Origin: Lobosporangium transversale
Lineage: Eukaryota
Direction: 5' to 3'
Assembly (NCBI RefSeq): GCF_002105155.1
Contig: NW_019029010.1
Span: 62,001-126,000, forward strand
DNA length: 64,000 nucleotides
In this document: positions 62,515-64,000 of the stretch, piece by piece
How positions within the stretch are numbered: the stretch's first letter is position 1
How the letters are laid out: every line of letters starts with the position of its first letter
Program-made: the position numbers and the translations under genes
The notes under the pieces: model-generated
What the model was told of the DNA's origin: nothing
Database searches by the model: none
Seen by the model: only the letters and a program-made list of their open reading frames with translations

Positions 62515-64000
62515 TCATACTCTATGAGTATAGGCATCGTCTTCATCACTATCCCTGGCTTCATAGGCCTTGTATCCATATTCTTTTATATCCCCACTCA
62601 GAATACCACGTCGACTTTCATTTCCTGATCCCGAGCTTAACTTCGACATCATATTCAGATCCTCAAACTGTGATGACATGGATGACATTGAAAAAACTGG
62701 TGAATCCAATGATGACTCAAAGAATGAACTCTCTCGTTGATATTGATCATGTGGAGAAAAGATCTTGTATCTAGACGAGTAAAAAAAAAAAGTGGTCAAA
62801 GGAAGGAGAAAAGTATAGAATTGTTAATTGAGATTATTTACATAGTTCCGCATCCTATATGTTTCTCATAACCATCGGGCTAACCAAGGCCAGTACATGA
62901 TAAAGAGAAGTAAACAAAAAGACTGAACACAATTTCAAAGCATACTTTGTAAAAAGATCTTCGAGTTCACTATCATCAAAATCCTCGCTGAGCTCATGAG
63001 TGATCATAACCAAGTTGGCGATCAAATCACCTGCTCGGTAGGCAAGAACTGTCGGAGAGACTTCCTCGTCAAAATCAACTTCACGCGCCTTAATCCTTAT
63101 AAATTTCGTCGTCGCATACCGTGCTGCCAACTGAATCAGGCATCCATCCAGTTTTTTGCATGCAGGATTATACTAACGTAAAGAGACGCAAAAAAAAAAA
63201 AAAAAAAAAAAAAAAGACGAAGGTGTTAGTGCTGTAGCTGCAGTACTCTTATCAAAAGAACATTCAAGAGTATAAGAATGTTAAATCATGGAGAAGAGAT
63301 GGTTTACCTCGCTGTAAATATGAATGACAACTGTGACATCTTTGCTTTCCATGTCAATCGCATTCACATATTGCGCTGCATTCATCTCCATCAACGATCC
63401 AAAGACTCTCTTCTTCCTAACTGAACTAGCTCCAGTCCCTGACTTGTCGGCTTTTGCAGCCCAGCTCATGTCCTGAAGCCGACTCCCTCGAATCCTTTCC
63501 AGAACGGCTTTCTCATCTTGATCCTCTTCTTCTAGTTCTCGTAATGCCTTTTCGTCCTCATCCTCTTCGTCTTCATCCAATAGTCCCTGTGCCTTCTTTT
63601 CTTGTCGTTCTCGTTCTTTGTCCTGACGATACGTTGTTGTCATTGGTGCCTTGGACAACATCCGCGCATTATAACTCTGTTGAGACGAAAGTCGTTTCTG
63701 CAACTGTTGTTGATGGTGGTATTTTTGGTCCGCGATAACTCCTTTAGGTCCTGTATTGGCACCAGTATCGCGTTCTGGGTATTTATTGGCGCCTGCTCCT
63801 ACTCCTGCTCCTCCTTTACCACCTGTTCTTGCTGACGATCCGATACGGCTTGAAGTCTTGCCATCTATTCGATCGATTTCTCCGTCTGTGAGTCCTCCTG
63901 TTTCAAGATCATCGTTATTGTTATAGTCATCTTTTGGGCGTGTGAATCGTAATTCGGATTCGGATTCTTCAGATTCAGATGCAGTTGAGCCCCAGTCTTC
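62515..64000 (-). CDS. Phosducin-like protein, 5' partial; exons >64000-63308, 63172-62946, 62770-62515
   Basis: NTGPKGVIAD motif; thioredoxin-like VVIHIYSE|YNPACKKLDGCLIQLAARYATTKFIRI and PTVLAYRAGDLIANLV; canonical introns. Confidence 0.9.

Overview
AT-rich, intron-containing fungal genomic DNA, most likely Mortierellaceae/Mucoromycota (inferred from the lineage-typical 'YELLEYTIPRLFIVLP...FRLHFICECGEH' LRR-type gene, the WD40 remnant and long poly(A/T) tracts). Bases ~1-52 kb form an accessory island of three locally expanded secreted-protein families. (A) Seven small proteins with two beta/gamma-crystallin-like Greek-key motifs, in strictly alternating orientation; five copies have identical mature proteins and four lie in an ~11.7 kb imperfect palindrome. 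(B) Five small Cys-rich, mostly Arg-rich secreted proteins with a predicted beta-alpha-beta-beta-alpha-beta (KP6 killer-toxin-like) layout. (C) Five actinobacterial-type GxSQG lipases with two 3' introns; two sit in a second ~7.2 kb palindrome, one has a broken splice donor, and one has a three-level nested transposon (Tc1 > TA-MITE > hAT-type MITE) in its promoter. The rest holds an MBL-fold hydrolase, a hypothetical ORF, THI5/NMT1 with a TPP riboswitch downstream of its stop codon, two decayed repeat-protein genes, a GH17 glucanase and a partial phosducin-like gene. Fold and function calls come from motifs read by eye, not from database searches.
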